This document shows positions 28,891 to 39,092 of a stretch of 64,000 nt of DNA, piece by piece. Numbering within the stretch: the stretch's first letter is position 1; the number at the start of each line of letters is the position of its first letter. Source of the stretch: Wickerhamiella versatilis (taxonomy: Eukaryota); contig JAQOWU010000008.1 of assembly GCA_030867685.1 (NCBI GenBank), positions 3,286,001 to 3,350,000 on the forward strand. The letters run 5' to 3'. The notes below the pieces were generated by a model. That model ran no database searches, was not told the origin of the DNA, and saw only the letters and a list, made by a program, of their open reading frames with translations. A program made the translations under genes and the position numbers.

Positions 28891-31797
28891 ATGTTACCGA
28901 ATGGAAAAAGAGTTGCAGTGCCGCCTGTGAGCCCGACTGGTTCGGCTAAGCGGATGGCTACCGCAACTTATCCAGGTTCTCAGCCTTATAGCACTAAAAC
29001 ACCTGCACTTGAGTTACGGTCCCCTTCTGAATGGCAGGAGACTATGCAGAAAACCGTGCGCTCAGTGGTAAGTATTCATTTCTCCTCTGTCTGTCCATTT
29101 GATACAGAAAGTACATATGTGAGTGAAGCCACCGGATTCGTTGTTGATGCAAAACGAGGAATAATCATGACCAACCGGCATGTTGTGGGGCCCGGTCCGT
29201 TTCGAGGTTTCGCAATTTTCGATAATCATGAAGAGACCGATGTTTCTCCAATATATCGCGATCCGGTTCATGACTTCGGATTTCTCAAGTTTGACCCGAA
29301 TGGAATTAAGCACATGGCAGTGTGTGATTTGAATTTGCATCCTGAACATGCACATATAGGTGCTGAGATACGCGTGGTAGGAAACGATGCTGGTGAAAAG
29401 CTCTCTATATTAGCTGGTTTTATATCGCGTCTTGACCGAAATGCCCCCGAATATGGAGACCTGACCTACAATGACTTCAATACCGAGTACATACAAGCAG
29501 CAGCATCTGCCTCCGGTGGATCTTCGGGGTCACCTGTGGTTGACATAAATGGTGATGTACTCGCTCTGCAGGCGGGTGGATCTAGTGTTGCTTCCACCGA
29601 CTTCTTCTTCCCGCTTTATCGAGGTGCACGAGCATTGGAGTGCATACAAAATGATAAATTTATCACACGTGGCACGATTCAGTGCCAGTGGCTTTTAAAG
29701 CCGTTTGACGAGTGTATGAGATTGGGTCTAAGCGCCGATTTGGCCCGTGAAATGCGCAGCCAGTTCCCCGAAAACATTGGCTTATTGGTGGCTGAAACGG
29801 TTCTTCCTGACGGCCCAGCAGCATCATCAGGCATTGAAGAGGGTGATTGTCTCATTTCTGTGTCTGGCAAACGGATTGGTCGGTTTCGTGATCTCGAGGC
29901 CATTCTGGATGAAAGTGTCGGGGAAACACTAGACCTCCTAGTACAGCGAAGTGGAGAGAATCTTAATCTTTCAGTAAAGGTTCAAGATCTCCATAGCATC
30001 ACTCCGTCCCGCTTTGTTCGGGTCGCTGGTGCCGTTTTCAATGACCTTAGTTACCAGATCGCACGGTTATACGCCATGCCTACTCGCGGGGTATATGTTG
30101 CACATTCAGGTCTCTACTTTAGGCCTGATCATGACACGACAGGCTGGCTCCTTGAGGAGCTTGATCACAGGCCGACTCCTGACCTTGACACATTCATAGA
30201 TGTTGTGCAAACTATTCCAGATACCAAGAAAGTAGCGGCCAAGTTCCGACATGTTACTGACCGCTCAACAGTGATTACGTCGGTGGTGGATATGGATAGA
30301 CACTGGTTCCCTGATCTAGAAATTGCCCAGCGTAACGATAAAACCGGATTGTGGGACTTCCACACTGTAGGCCGAGCCCTACCACCAGCGGAGATTGAAA
30401 AACATCAGAAGGCACGGTTCCCTAATCTGGCTGCATTAGGTGAAGGTCCATGTGCAAAGCTTGTGCGTAGCATTGTGAAAGTATCCATGACATCACCTAT
30501 ACCCCTTGAGGGTTTCCCGTTGACCGATGCGCGTCAATATGGCTTCGTCATTGATGCCGATCGTGGACTTGTTCTTGTCTCACGTATGTGTGTTCCGCAT
30601 TATCTTGTGGATGTATCCATCACTATTGCGGAATCAGTAATTGTCCCCGCACGTGTTTTGTTTTTGCACCCTCAACAGAATTACGCGATTTTGCAATATG
30701 ATCCAACTCTGGTGGATGCACCTATCGAGCCTATTTCTCTCAGCAGGGAAAGAGTCAAGCAAGGTCAAAATCTTGTCTTCGTTGGCTATGACTCAAAAGC
30801 CAATGCCCTGGTTACTGACACGAAAGTGATGGATGTTGCCTCAGCCCAAATTCCAGCAGGCTTTGACGTGCCACCTCGCTACAGAGCTACAAATATAGAT
30901 GCAGTCGGTGTTGATTCGACATTGTTGACCGAACTAAGCTCAGGCCTGCTGGCAGACCCGCGAGATGGGACGGTGAGGGCAATTTGGATGAGTTTCATGG
31001 GTGATGTTGTTGTATCTACAGGTCATGACCGTATTTTCCGCTTGGCGATGGATGCTGCGGATTTCCAACTTGATTTCTCCGAGCATCGTTTCGTCGACGT
31101 AGAGGTACGTGCTATCACCATAGCCGCAGCGAGAATACGTGGCGTGCCCATTGGTTGGCTCGAATCAGTGCAGTCCGCAGGTGGAAACCGTCCGTTAGAA
31201 GTTCAAAGAGTTACTAGCTGGTTACAGGACCGTATTGTTGAAGGCGATCTCATTATGGCAATAAATGGGAATGTCGTTACTTCAGGCATCCAATTGTTTA
31301 ACCTCCAAAGTCCTGAGGTCGAGATCACTCTTATTCGTCGTGGAGAGGAGAAAAAGGTTACCGTGCCTACCAAAAAGCCTAGCGACATGGAAACGAAGAC
31401 TGTGGCATATTGGAGCGGAATGATAGTGCATGAGCCTCACCATGCGGTCCTTCAGCAGGTTAAGAATCCGCCAAAGGGTGTATATATTGGTTCCGTTATT
31501 CGTGGATCGCCCGCGAATCAGTACGGTTTGTGGTCAACGTCTTTTGTAACACACGTCAATGGAGCACCTACTGCAACGATAGATGACTTTTATGCTGCAG
31601 TAAAGGACATTCCTGATAATACTTATGCGAAGCTGCGTACAGTCTCCTGTGAAGGTATTGTAACAGCATGCTCTGTTCGCTCCAATTACCATTATTTCCC
31701 GACATGGCGTAAGGACTTTATCGATGGGAAATGGATGGATATGGAGCCCAATTCATCTGATGAAACTGCTGCAAAGCCGTTAGCCCAAGTCGATTAG
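28891..31797 (+). CDS. NMA111: HtrA-like nuclear serine protease Nma111
   Basis: TNRHVV, RDPVHDFG and GGSSGSPV catalytic motifs; duplicated protease/PDZ architecture. Confidence 0.97.
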   Translation: MLPNGKRVAVPPVSPTGSAKRMATATYPGSQPYSTKTPALELRSPSEWQETMQKTVRSVVSIHFSSVCPFDTESTYVSEATGFVVDAKRGIIMTNRHVVGPGPFRGFAIFDNHEETDVSPIYRDPVHDFGFLKFDPNGIKHMAVCDLNLHPEHAHIGAEIRVVGNDAGEKLSILAGFISRLDRNAPEYGDLTYNDFNTEYIQAAASASGGSSGSPVVDINGDVLALQAGGSSVASTDFFFPLYRGARALECIQNDKFITRGTIQCQWLLKPFDECMRLGLSADLAREMRSQFPENIGLLVAETVLPDGPAASSGIEEGDCLISVSGKRIGRFRDLEAILDESVGETLDLLVQRSGENLNLSVKVQDLHSITPSRFVRVAGAVFNDLSYQIARLYAMPTRGVYVAHSGLYFRPDHDTTGWLLEELDHRPTPDLDTFIDVVQTIPDTKKVAAKFRHVTDRSTVITSVVDMDRHWFPDLEIAQRNDKTGLWDFHTVGRALPPAEIEKHQKARFPNLAALGEGPCAKLVRSIVKVSMTSPIPLEGFPLTDARQYGFVIDADRGLVLVSRMCVPHYLVDVSITIAESVIVPARVLFLHPQQNYAILQYDPTLVDAPIEPISLSRERVKQGQNLVFVGYDSKANALVTDTKVMDVASAQIPAGFDVPPRYRATNIDAVGVDSTLLTELSSGLLADPRDGTVRAIWMSFMGDVVVSTGHDRIFRLAMDAADFQLDFSEHRFVDVEVRAITIAAARIRGVPIGWLESVQSAGGNRPLEVQRVTSWLQDRIVEGDLIMAINGNVVTSGIQLFNLQSPEVEITLIRRGEEKKVTVPTKKPSDMETKTVAYWSGMIVHEPHHAVLQQVKNPPKGVYIGSVIRGSPANQYGLWSTSFVTHVNGAPTATIDDFYAAVKDIPDNTYAKLRTVSCEGIVTACSVRSNYHYFPTWRKDFIDGKWMDMEPNSSDETAAKPLAQVD

Positions 31798-32486
31798 GCT
31801 CTATAATTTTTTAATTCTCAAGATGAGAAGAGAACTTTTTTTGACCACAGTAAAATTTCGGTCTTTTTATAAGACACCCAAGTAAAAGAATTTGGGTATC
31901 AAATAATCACCCTCAAAAGAATGCTTAAGTTGTATATATCAATATTACTTTTTAAAAGCCTAGATAACATACTTACCACTCAATCGGACTAATATCTCTG
32001 CATCTATCTATCCATGAACGTGATACACTATCAACTGTGAGATAATAAGATTATGGTCTTTTTTTTCTTCACTAAAGAAGTGAAAGTGCTATGTCGGTTT
32101 TGATATTCCAAATCAGCTGGTAAATATGGTCTGAAAATGGGATGTACAATAACCGTGCTAGAAAAAAATGCTGCTAAGCTTTGCCAAAGAAGATCAACTG
32201 GTGTGTCTATGGCACTTAAGTACATAAATCTTTAGCTTTATCAAGATTCTCGGCAGAAGTTTTGAGAGACGATCTTGGAATTGCATATCCACATTTCACA
32301 GCGTGCTGGCATTTCCACGACATCTCCAATACTACATATCGCTACATAGTACGGTTATCACAGTATTAGACGGCAACATTCCATTGGCAATAGGTTAGTT
32401 ACATTTCTATCAAATATGTACAATTGTTCTCGGGGGCGTACTTCTCCCATGCTGGCCTATCACGCCCATGAAACGATTCGAATTTT

Positions 32487-32711
32487 TTAACGCTTTTTTG
32501 CAAAAGGCATAAGCATAGCAAGTTTCTTGTGACGCCCTGTGCTGGCCGCTGGAACCGACCCATTGAGATGCCTCAAGATACGTCCCCGCGACCACCCAAC
32601 ATTTCCGTGTCGTCTTCCAGCTTGCTTGCGCATAAAATCACCCTTTCCGTTGACCCACCACCTCTTTGCAGCACCTTTATGTGTCCGAAATCCTCTCACG
32701 AATTGAAGCAT
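32487..32711 (-). CDS. MRP35: Mitochondrial ribosomal protein bL35m
   Basis: RTHKGAAKRW...FMRKQAGRRHGN. ATG at 32711. Confidence 0.85.
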   Translation of the reverse strand: MLQFVRGFRTHKGAAKRWWVNGKGDFMRKQAGRRHGNVGWSRGRILRHLNGSVPAASTGRHKKLAMLMPFAKKR

Positions 32712-32743
32712 GGAGTGTGCTTCGAGATGAAATTCTATTAGTA

Positions 32744-32995
32744 ATGGGAAACGCCATGTCGTCAAGCCTAGCTGAAGAATGTAACGAGCTGAAGAAGACG
32801 TATGACGACTGCTTTAACGTGTGGTATACCAAGTTTCTACGAGGTGAAAGTGATATGAATGAATGCCAGGAGAAATTCGATGTCTACAAGGATTGCGTCA
32901 AAGCTGCTCTTGTAAAACAAGGCATCATCAAGAACCTTGAAGAGGCACAGGAAAAAGCGCCATTCGAGCAAGGAGGAAAGCCCAAGGATTCTTAA
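32744..32995 (+). CDS. MDM35: Twin CX9C protein Mdm35/TRIAP1
   Basis: MGNAMSSS...ECNELKKTYDDCFN.WY.KFLRG...C...F..Y..CV. Confidence 0.93.
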   Translation: MGNAMSSSLAEECNELKKTYDDCFNVWYTKFLRGESDMNECQEKFDVYKDCVKAALVKQGIIKNLEEAQEKAPFEQGGKPKDS

Positions 32996-33054
32996 AAAGT
33001 AAAAATAATCTAATATTGGCACAATAGATATTATGTACATAACGTCGTCACAGT

Positions 33055-34170
33055 TCAATTTATATGGTCAAGGTGTATTTCGTCAAGAATCTTTTTAGCT
33101 CCTTTTGCAATGAGATCAGCCGCGAGATCCTTCCCAATCATATCAGCATCGGAATCAGAAAAGCATTCGCCAGCAACACTGCCTTCCACGCCTTCCTTGC
33201 CATCAGGGGATACAACCACCCCGGTAAGAGAGAGCATCGAAGTCTCACATACAAACTCGGAATTTACACCAATTGGAACGGAGCAGCCGCCCTCTAAAGT
33301 ACGCATCAAACTGCGCTCGGCAATACAACGCACTCTTGATGGGTGATGATCTATACGGGAGACAAGCTTTTTCACTCTTTCATCGCCCACACGAATTTCG
33401 ATACCTAAGGCGCCTTGACCCACTGCATAATACATGTCCGGGGCTTCCAAGAAGCTGGTAATCCTCTCACCAAGCCCCAAGCGTTCAAGACCAGCTACGG
33501 CAAGAATTATAGCCTCGTAGGGCTGTTCCCGATCATCACACTTCGCCAGTCTGGTTTGAACGGTTCCCCGCACACTCTCAAATATTAGGTGGGGAAACTT
33601 CCTTTTAAGTTGAGCACTCCTTCGAATGCTCGACGTGCCAACAACACACCCGTCGGGGAGGTCACGGAGGTGCTTGTAAGGGCTTCCTTGGCGCATGCAA
33701 ACCGCGTCCCGAGGGTCATGGCGTTCTGGGATTGCTCCCAATTCGCAGCCCTCAGGAAGAACAGTCGGCATGTCCTTGAGGCTATGTACAATCATATCCA
33801 ATTGATCAAACCCATGAACGTGATGCAACAACAAAGTCTCCAATTCTTTTGTCCATAATGCCTTTCCGCCGAACGAATACAACGGCCGGTTCTGCACGTT
33901 GTCACCAAGGGTTGACAGTGCAAGAACAGGAAAGCTCAGGCCAGGGTGTACATCACGCAGCAAATCAGCTACGTGTCGACTCTGTATGACGGCCAATTTC
34001 GATTTACGTCCGCCCACCCTAACGTTAGGTCGCTCCTCCTCTTCGTAGTCGTACCGCTCGGGAGTCCCCGGCTCAAATGGCGAAGACAGACGAGAAACTG
34101 GTTCTGGCTGGCCAACAGAGCTGCTATCCATACTCTCCAACGTCCCCGTCAATGTGATTGTGTTTGACAT
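33055..34170 (-). CDS. HEM3: Porphobilinogen deaminase
   Basis: GRKSKLAVIQ, GKALWTKELE, VHSLKDMPT, GTSSIRR and LEGGCSVPIG motifs. Confidence 0.97.
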   Translation of the reverse strand: MSNTITLTGTLESMDSSSVGQPEPVSRLSSPFEPGTPERYDYEEEERPNVRVGGRKSKLAVIQSRHVADLLRDVHPGLSFPVLALSTLGDNVQNRPLYSFGGKALWTKELETLLLHHVHGFDQLDMIVHSLKDMPTVLPEGCELGAIPERHDPRDAVCMRQGSPYKHLRDLPDGCVVGTSSIRRSAQLKRKFPHLIFESVRGTVQTRLAKCDDREQPYEAIILAVAGLERLGLGERITSFLEAPDMYYAVGQGALGIEIRVGDERVKKLVSRIDHHPSRVRCIAERSLMRTLEGGCSVPIGVNSEFVCETSMLSLTGVVVSPDGKEGVEGSVAGECFSDSDADMIGKDLAADLIAKGAKKILDEIHLDHIN

Positions 34171-34584
34171 GGAGGATGGATATTACAAAACGTTTGATAG
34201 GTAGTCGATAATGTACTCGCACTCGGAAGCTTATGTAATCGGGCTAGAATGAACCCAAAATTGGGAAGCACCGATTGGCCGATACCGGAAATTTCTGTTT
34301 CGATTCGGTAGCACATCTTGCTTCGGTCAGATGAAGGTTATATTAGCGATTGTGATGGTCTATTTTTCTCTCGGATGAAAAAGAGCCAGGATATCAGGCG
34401 GCTTAAATGTGTTACAATTAGTTTTTCGAGATTGAAGCTGTCTGCCAGAAAAATTTTATGCAAAACAGAGTTTAAACGGTGCTTTGACTGCAGATAACTT
34501 TAATTGGCATATGGTAAACCGCCCCATAGACTGGTTGGTGCTATGTGTAGTATATATGAATTTTACAATGGCCACAGCTTACCA

Positions 34585-35838
34585 ATGGACCATGAAGCGA
34601 CGTTATTCAAGCTCGCAGGCCGAGTAAACAGCTTAGAGAAGTGGCCAGTAAAGCAAATAGAAGCACTTGAGACTCTTCTAGCTGAGTATCCCTGGGCCTA
34701 TGGATATTGGATACGACTTGCTAAGGCGGAGTTCTGTGCAGGGCGCACTGAGGCAGCGTGGCAATGCTACGAGCGTGCAGTTGCATTTGTCCCATTCAGT
34801 AGCCAACTATGGAGCAGCTACATACAGTTTTGCATCTTGACGAATGCCCCGCAAACGTCAAGCGTCGTCGATCGGGCAATATCGCTGAGCGGGGACCAAT
34901 TCCTTAGCCACGAGCTGTGGGATGCAGTATTAGATTGGGAGAGGTCCCAGGAAAGTGTTGAGGGTGTTGTGCGTACTTTAAGACTTATTTTGGGACAGAC
35001 GTTGCATCAGTTTGCTAGATATTATGACTTTCTGCGAAGACTTGTACAATCTGATAAGATCTCCCCAGAGCTCCTCGGACAGTCATCTAAACAGATGGCT
35101 TTGGACGACCTTTACACAATCCTGGAGCGTCAACAATCAAGAGTGTCGGAAGCATGGACCTACGAAAAGAATTTGAGGCGGCAATTTTTTCACCCTCGAC
35201 CTTTGCCTTCTGAGCAGCACATGGCTTGGGTGGCCGCAATTAAGCTAACCAAAAACCGAGAATCGGTGTATAGACGATGGCTTTGTGTTGAGCCTCTTAA
35301 CAGTGATGTCTGGTTGGGCTATATAAGATGGCTTCTTGCCGAGGGGAAGCCTGTGCTTTCAACGTTTCAATTGGCGGATAAATCCCTTCCAGAGGGCCAT
35401 GATGAAGTCAGGCTCTACTTTGCGCTTTGGCTGGAGTGGGTAGGTAAAATAGATGATGCTCAGCAGCTCTATCGCCGTCTTAAAACCCCTCGGGCAGTGG
35501 TATCGTTTAGTCAATTTTGTGAGAGGTTAAATCCTGGATCTGGACTAAATAATTTGCATGAAGCTCTTGAAGATCCTAGCCTGTGGAGCTGGCCCATATT
35601 ACAAGAGGCTGCAAGAATCGACGCTAATGCCTTTAAGAAATACCCTCCCCCTCCTAAGGCTAATCCACCTCGCGCGTACTGGCAGTCATATCTGGCTGCC
35701 CACCCTGAGATGGCCGAGGAAATATGGATGTCTGCACCGGAAGGATTGGTAACAAAAGATTATTTAAAGCTACTTGCGAAAACTGATCCTATTAAATTCA
35801 TGGAGTTGGACAGAACAGTTCATCGTAAGGCACTGTAA
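34585..35838 (+). CDS. PRP39: HAT-repeat U1 snRNP protein, Prp39-like (short)
   Basis: LLAEYPWAYGYW, YERAV, GDQFLSHELWD, LHQFARYY and YEKNLRRQFFH motifs. Start may be 34543. Confidence 0.8.
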   Translation: MDHEATLFKLAGRVNSLEKWPVKQIEALETLLAEYPWAYGYWIRLAKAEFCAGRTEAAWQCYERAVAFVPFSSQLWSSYIQFCILTNAPQTSSVVDRAISLSGDQFLSHELWDAVLDWERSQESVEGVVRTLRLILGQTLHQFARYYDFLRRLVQSDKISPELLGQSSKQMALDDLYTILERQQSRVSEAWTYEKNLRRQFFHPRPLPSEQHMAWVAAIKLTKNRESVYRRWLCVEPLNSDVWLGYIRWLLAEGKPVLSTFQLADKSLPEGHDEVRLYFALWLEWVGKIDDAQQLYRRLKTPRAVVSFSQFCERLNPGSGLNNLHEALEDPSLWSWPILQEAARIDANAFKKYPPPPKANPPRAYWQSYLAAHPEMAEEIWMSAPEGLVTKDYLKLLAKTDPIKFMELDRTVHRKAL

Positions 35839-35851
35839 TGTAATATTAACA

Positions 35852-37600
35852 CTAATGAAAATATAGGCCAAGAGATATACATGTAAACCAGCATGCGATA
35901 GTGATCCATCCAAAATGTTTTGTCAAATGCCAATCATTGATTGGAAGTGCTATAAGCAATATCAATATGACGAAAATCAATGCAAACCCACTTATAACAA
36001 TGCTTGGCGCAACAGGTAAAGCGATGCTGGTGGTTTTCTCAATGAACATCACTAGAAGGCTATTACCCCCTATGCCAATAAGAATTGTGAAAAGTGGCCC
36101 GCCAAAGCAGGCACTAAGGGCCATTGTAGATAGCCCTGCATGTAGAGTGGCTATGTTGGATACAAAGTCACCCAAAGAGTCACCTATTGCAAAAACTGTG
36201 AGCCCCATTATAGCATCGCTAACCTGCAAAATGACCCCTAGCAATTGTAATACCCCTACAAGCTCTCCTGCAATGAAAATGACCCATACCACGGATAGGA
36301 GAACCGCACATCCCATTAGAAATGTCTCCGAAGGGCCTCTTGTAAATTTGAGAGCAGCCAGTAGCACTACATCAACCACGACCAAAAACTCCCAGCGTAT
36401 TGATTCATAACCTTTCAATAATAAATATACTGTCAAAGGGGATACTATTGCGTGTAAAACCATAATTTTTGTCTTAGGAGTAGGGATTGAGCAGGTCATG
36501 AGAAGTATCGGTACGGTCATAACGACAGACATGATTTGACTGCTCAATGGTTTTTCATCCCATCCCCCATAGGATGGAAAAAGCTGCTTCCATACGCTAT
36601 CATAAGTATCTTCATCCTCATCCTCTGACTGAGCACTTGAGGACCAAAGAGGACTTCTCTCCCCCGGAATGCCACCAATGGTAGATGTCGGCACATCAAG
36701 ATTCGTATTTATTCTCGGTAAATCCTGTGTCGTTAATCTCCTACCAATGTGAGGGTCACTTGCCCGCCGAAGCGACGGTTCTGGGTCTGGCTGTTGTTCT
36801 GTTGCAGGATCGGGCCTTTCATGAATAAATTCCTGATTGAACGGGCTAGGATGCTGTATTGTCCAGCTGGGAAAAAGGGTTTCCACATCTTGTGAGTTGA
36901 ACTCTATCCTTCTCGACTCCACGGCACTGTAAAGCGACCGTCGGGACAGATAGGCTGTATCCACTACATCAGTCATTAAAGGAGATTCTGATCTCGGGCT
37001 CACTACCTTCTCACGATAATGCTGGTAGACCACCACCAGCGCATATGCAATGTACAAAGCGATTAAACTGAGGGATTCAGCAAGATTTAATATACCGTCG
37101 TGCAGTTCGAAAAGAAGAAATACTACTGAGAGAACCAGGAAAAAACTATCACGCACATAATAACGCTTCTCAACCTTGATAGGCTGTGTGATACACATCG
37201 ATCCGACGATAACGCAATCAATGAACAGAGCACCTCCAATTATTTCCCCGACAGCCAAGGAGCCCGTTCCAGCCTTTATAGCAGCAAGTGCACCAAATAC
37301 ATCCACGGAACTATTAGCAAATGCCAGAAACGTCACCCCAATCACAGACTGAGAGAGCCCTGAGTGGGTAGCAAGCCGCTGCAAATTGGGGCACATGAAA
37401 TCATACGCCGCAATCCCCATCATTGAGAATAGAATGAAGAGCAACACCAGCAAGACAGCATTGCGCAATACAGGATGGCCTTCGCTACAAAAGTAGGTTA
37501 TGCTATATTGAAATACTGTGTCAAGACGACAATATTCACGAGCGAATTCGCACTGGCTAGTATGCTTGTAGACATTTCTGCAAACTTCGCCTGTGGACAT
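35852..37600 (-). CDS. Cation/Ca2+ exchanger (CCX; YDL206W/Ecm27-like)
   Basis: Two alpha-repeats: GVTFLAFANSSVDVF and GLTVFAIGDSLGDFVSN...ACFGGP. ATG at 37600. Confidence 0.88.
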   Translation of the reverse strand: MSTGEVCRNVYKHTSQCEFAREYCRLDTVFQYSITYFCSEGHPVLRNAVLLVLLFILFSMMGIAAYDFMCPNLQRLATHSGLSQSVIGVTFLAFANSSVDVFGALAAIKAGTGSLAVGEIIGGALFIDCVIVGSMCITQPIKVEKRYYVRDSFFLVLSVVFLLFELHDGILNLAESLSLIALYIAYALVVVYQHYREKVVSPRSESPLMTDVVDTAYLSRRSLYSAVESRRIEFNSQDVETLFPSWTIQHPSPFNQEFIHERPDPATEQQPDPEPSLRRASDPHIGRRLTTQDLPRINTNLDVPTSTIGGIPGERSPLWSSSAQSEDEDEDTYDSVWKQLFPSYGGWDEKPLSSQIMSVVMTVPILLMTCSIPTPKTKIMVLHAIVSPLTVYLLLKGYESIRWEFLVVVDVVLLAALKFTRGPSETFLMGCAVLLSVVWVIFIAGELVGVLQLLGVILQVSDAIMGLTVFAIGDSLGDFVSNIATLHAGLSTMALSACFGGPLFTILIGIGGNSLLVMFIEKTTSIALPVAPSIVISGFALIFVILILLIALPINDWHLTKHFGWITIACWFTCISLGLYFH

Positions 37601-37741
37601 AAGTATGTAATTGAGTTGATACTCCGCTGGGAAGTCAGCAAAGAAGGTATGCTGTGATTTAGGCTCTCTATCACCAGAGAAGACTAAACCTAAATGCAGC
37701 TGAGGTCGATTATGTAACCTGACCGATTTGGTGTTTCGCCA

Positions 37742-38410
37742 ATGTCGACGACGGGTGGGGAGACCAGGACAAATGTGCCCGAATGGCAACCCGACGAAGA
37801 TGCGATGGCCTGTCCATTATGCAAGAAAGCATTTTCTTTGTTTTATCGCAGGCACCATTGCCGAATGTGCGGCCGTGTTGTTTGTGGCGCTTGTTCCGAT
37901 AATTCTTGTACTTACCTTGCCACTTCATATGTGGTATCGCCACCACACCAAATATTTCTCGAGAGTCCTCATGTGCCTCACAGAACATGCGATGAGTGCT
38001 TTGAGGAACTCAGAATGATCCGAGCGGCCATTCAGCCGGCCCCAACCGAGACTAGGGAACTCATGATCCAGAATGTGAACCCCGTGGCCGACGAGCTCAA
38101 TAGGTGCCCAGTTTGTGACAGGTTACTTGTGAAAATGCCGCAGAGTGAACAGGAGTCCCATGTGGATGAGTGTCTCCAGCAATTGTCAAGCTCGCCTGGG
38201 GGGCGGGGGTGTCGTCGTAACAGAATGATCATAAGCCGACTGCCTTCGAAAGAGTCCCAGAAGCTTGGTGAATGCCCTGTTTGTTTCGAGGATTTCTTAC
38301 CTGGAGATTCAATTGGTCGTCTGGAGTGTCTGTGTGTGTTTCATGAGAAATGCATCCTTGAATGGTTCGCTCGGAAAGGAGTGGGGTCCTGCCCGATGCA
38401 CGAAGAATGA
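37742..38410 (+). CDS. PIB1: FYVE + RING E3 ligase
   Basis: WQPD, RRHHCRMCG and ECPVCFEDF...RLECLCVFH motifs. Confidence 0.9.
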   Translation: MSTTGGETRTNVPEWQPDEDAMACPLCKKAFSLFYRRHHCRMCGRVVCGACSDNSCTYLATSYVVSPPHQIFLESPHVPHRTCDECFEELRMIRAAIQPAPTETRELMIQNVNPVADELNRCPVCDRLLVKMPQSEQESHVDECLQQLSSSPGGRGCRRNRMIISRLPSKESQKLGECPVCFEDFLPGDSIGRLECLCVFHEKCILEWFARKGVGSCPMHEE

Positions 38411-38470
38411 TCCCAAGGCATTTAATTTATTTTTTTATCTTACAGTTAAGCCAAGCCGAATAGACCGCTT

Positions 38471-38704
38471 TTATTTAATTCTTTTATCATTCTCGGCAAC
38501 ATATCCAGCGTTACGAACGTAAGTTTCGAAATAGGCCGATATTTCGGTCAGTTCTGCGCCTGCTTCGTCCGTTTGCCGAAGTTCCTCTATCATTGCACCC
38601 AAATTTTCTCGAAAATTGGCAAATCCATCAATAATGCGCGCTAATTGAGCCTCTTGTGCCTCTGCATTTGGGTCAACTTCAACAATTGAATGCCTTCGGC
38701 TCAT
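38471..38704 (-). CDS. DAD4: DASH complex subunit Dad4 (divergent)
   Basis: DP.AE.Q...LARII......E......EL...Y.RN pattern aligns by eye with Dad4 (NPHE..Q..LSRII). Confidence 0.65.
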   Translation of the reverse strand: MSRRHSIVEVDPNAEAQEAQLARIIDGFANFRENLGAMIEELRQTDEAGAELTEISAYFETYVRNAGYVAENDKRIK

Positions 38705-38798
38705 GATGTCGCTTACTGGGAGGTACTGCTATATATTATTACGTGATCCACTGCTATTTTACACTGTTTTTCATCCACTCGCCTGTAACCTATCTACC

Positions 38799-38993
38799 AT
38801 GCATTTGATGTATACGCTGGACAAAAACGGTAAACGGGTATATACCCTTTTGAAAAAAACGCCGGAGGGCGAAATCACGAAGTCTGCCCACCCGGCCAGA
38901 TTCTCTCCCGACGATAAGTACTCACGCCAGCGTGTGACCCTCAAGCGCCGCTATGGCCTGCTTCTGACCCAGCAAGAGCAGCAGCAGCAGTAA
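38799..38993 (+). CDS. NOP10: H/ACA snoRNP protein Nop10
   Basis: MHLMYTL...GKRVYTL...[24 protein letters not shown]. Confidence 0.97.
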   Translation: MHLMYTLDKNGKRVYTLLKKTPEGEITKSAHPARFSPDDKYSRQRVTLKRRYGLLLTQQEQQQQ

Positions 38994-39092
38994 AAGAAAG
39001 ACATCGTATTGTTGTCTAGACTATTCTGTAGTTATTTATTCTAGGCTTTTAAAACTCAACAAGAGACTCTTACTCACCCGTTCCCGGAAGCC

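Noticed and set aside
31969-31977. ATACTTACC resembling the U1 snRNA 5' end
   Set aside because: No U1 stem-loops, 70K loop or Sm site recognisable downstream.
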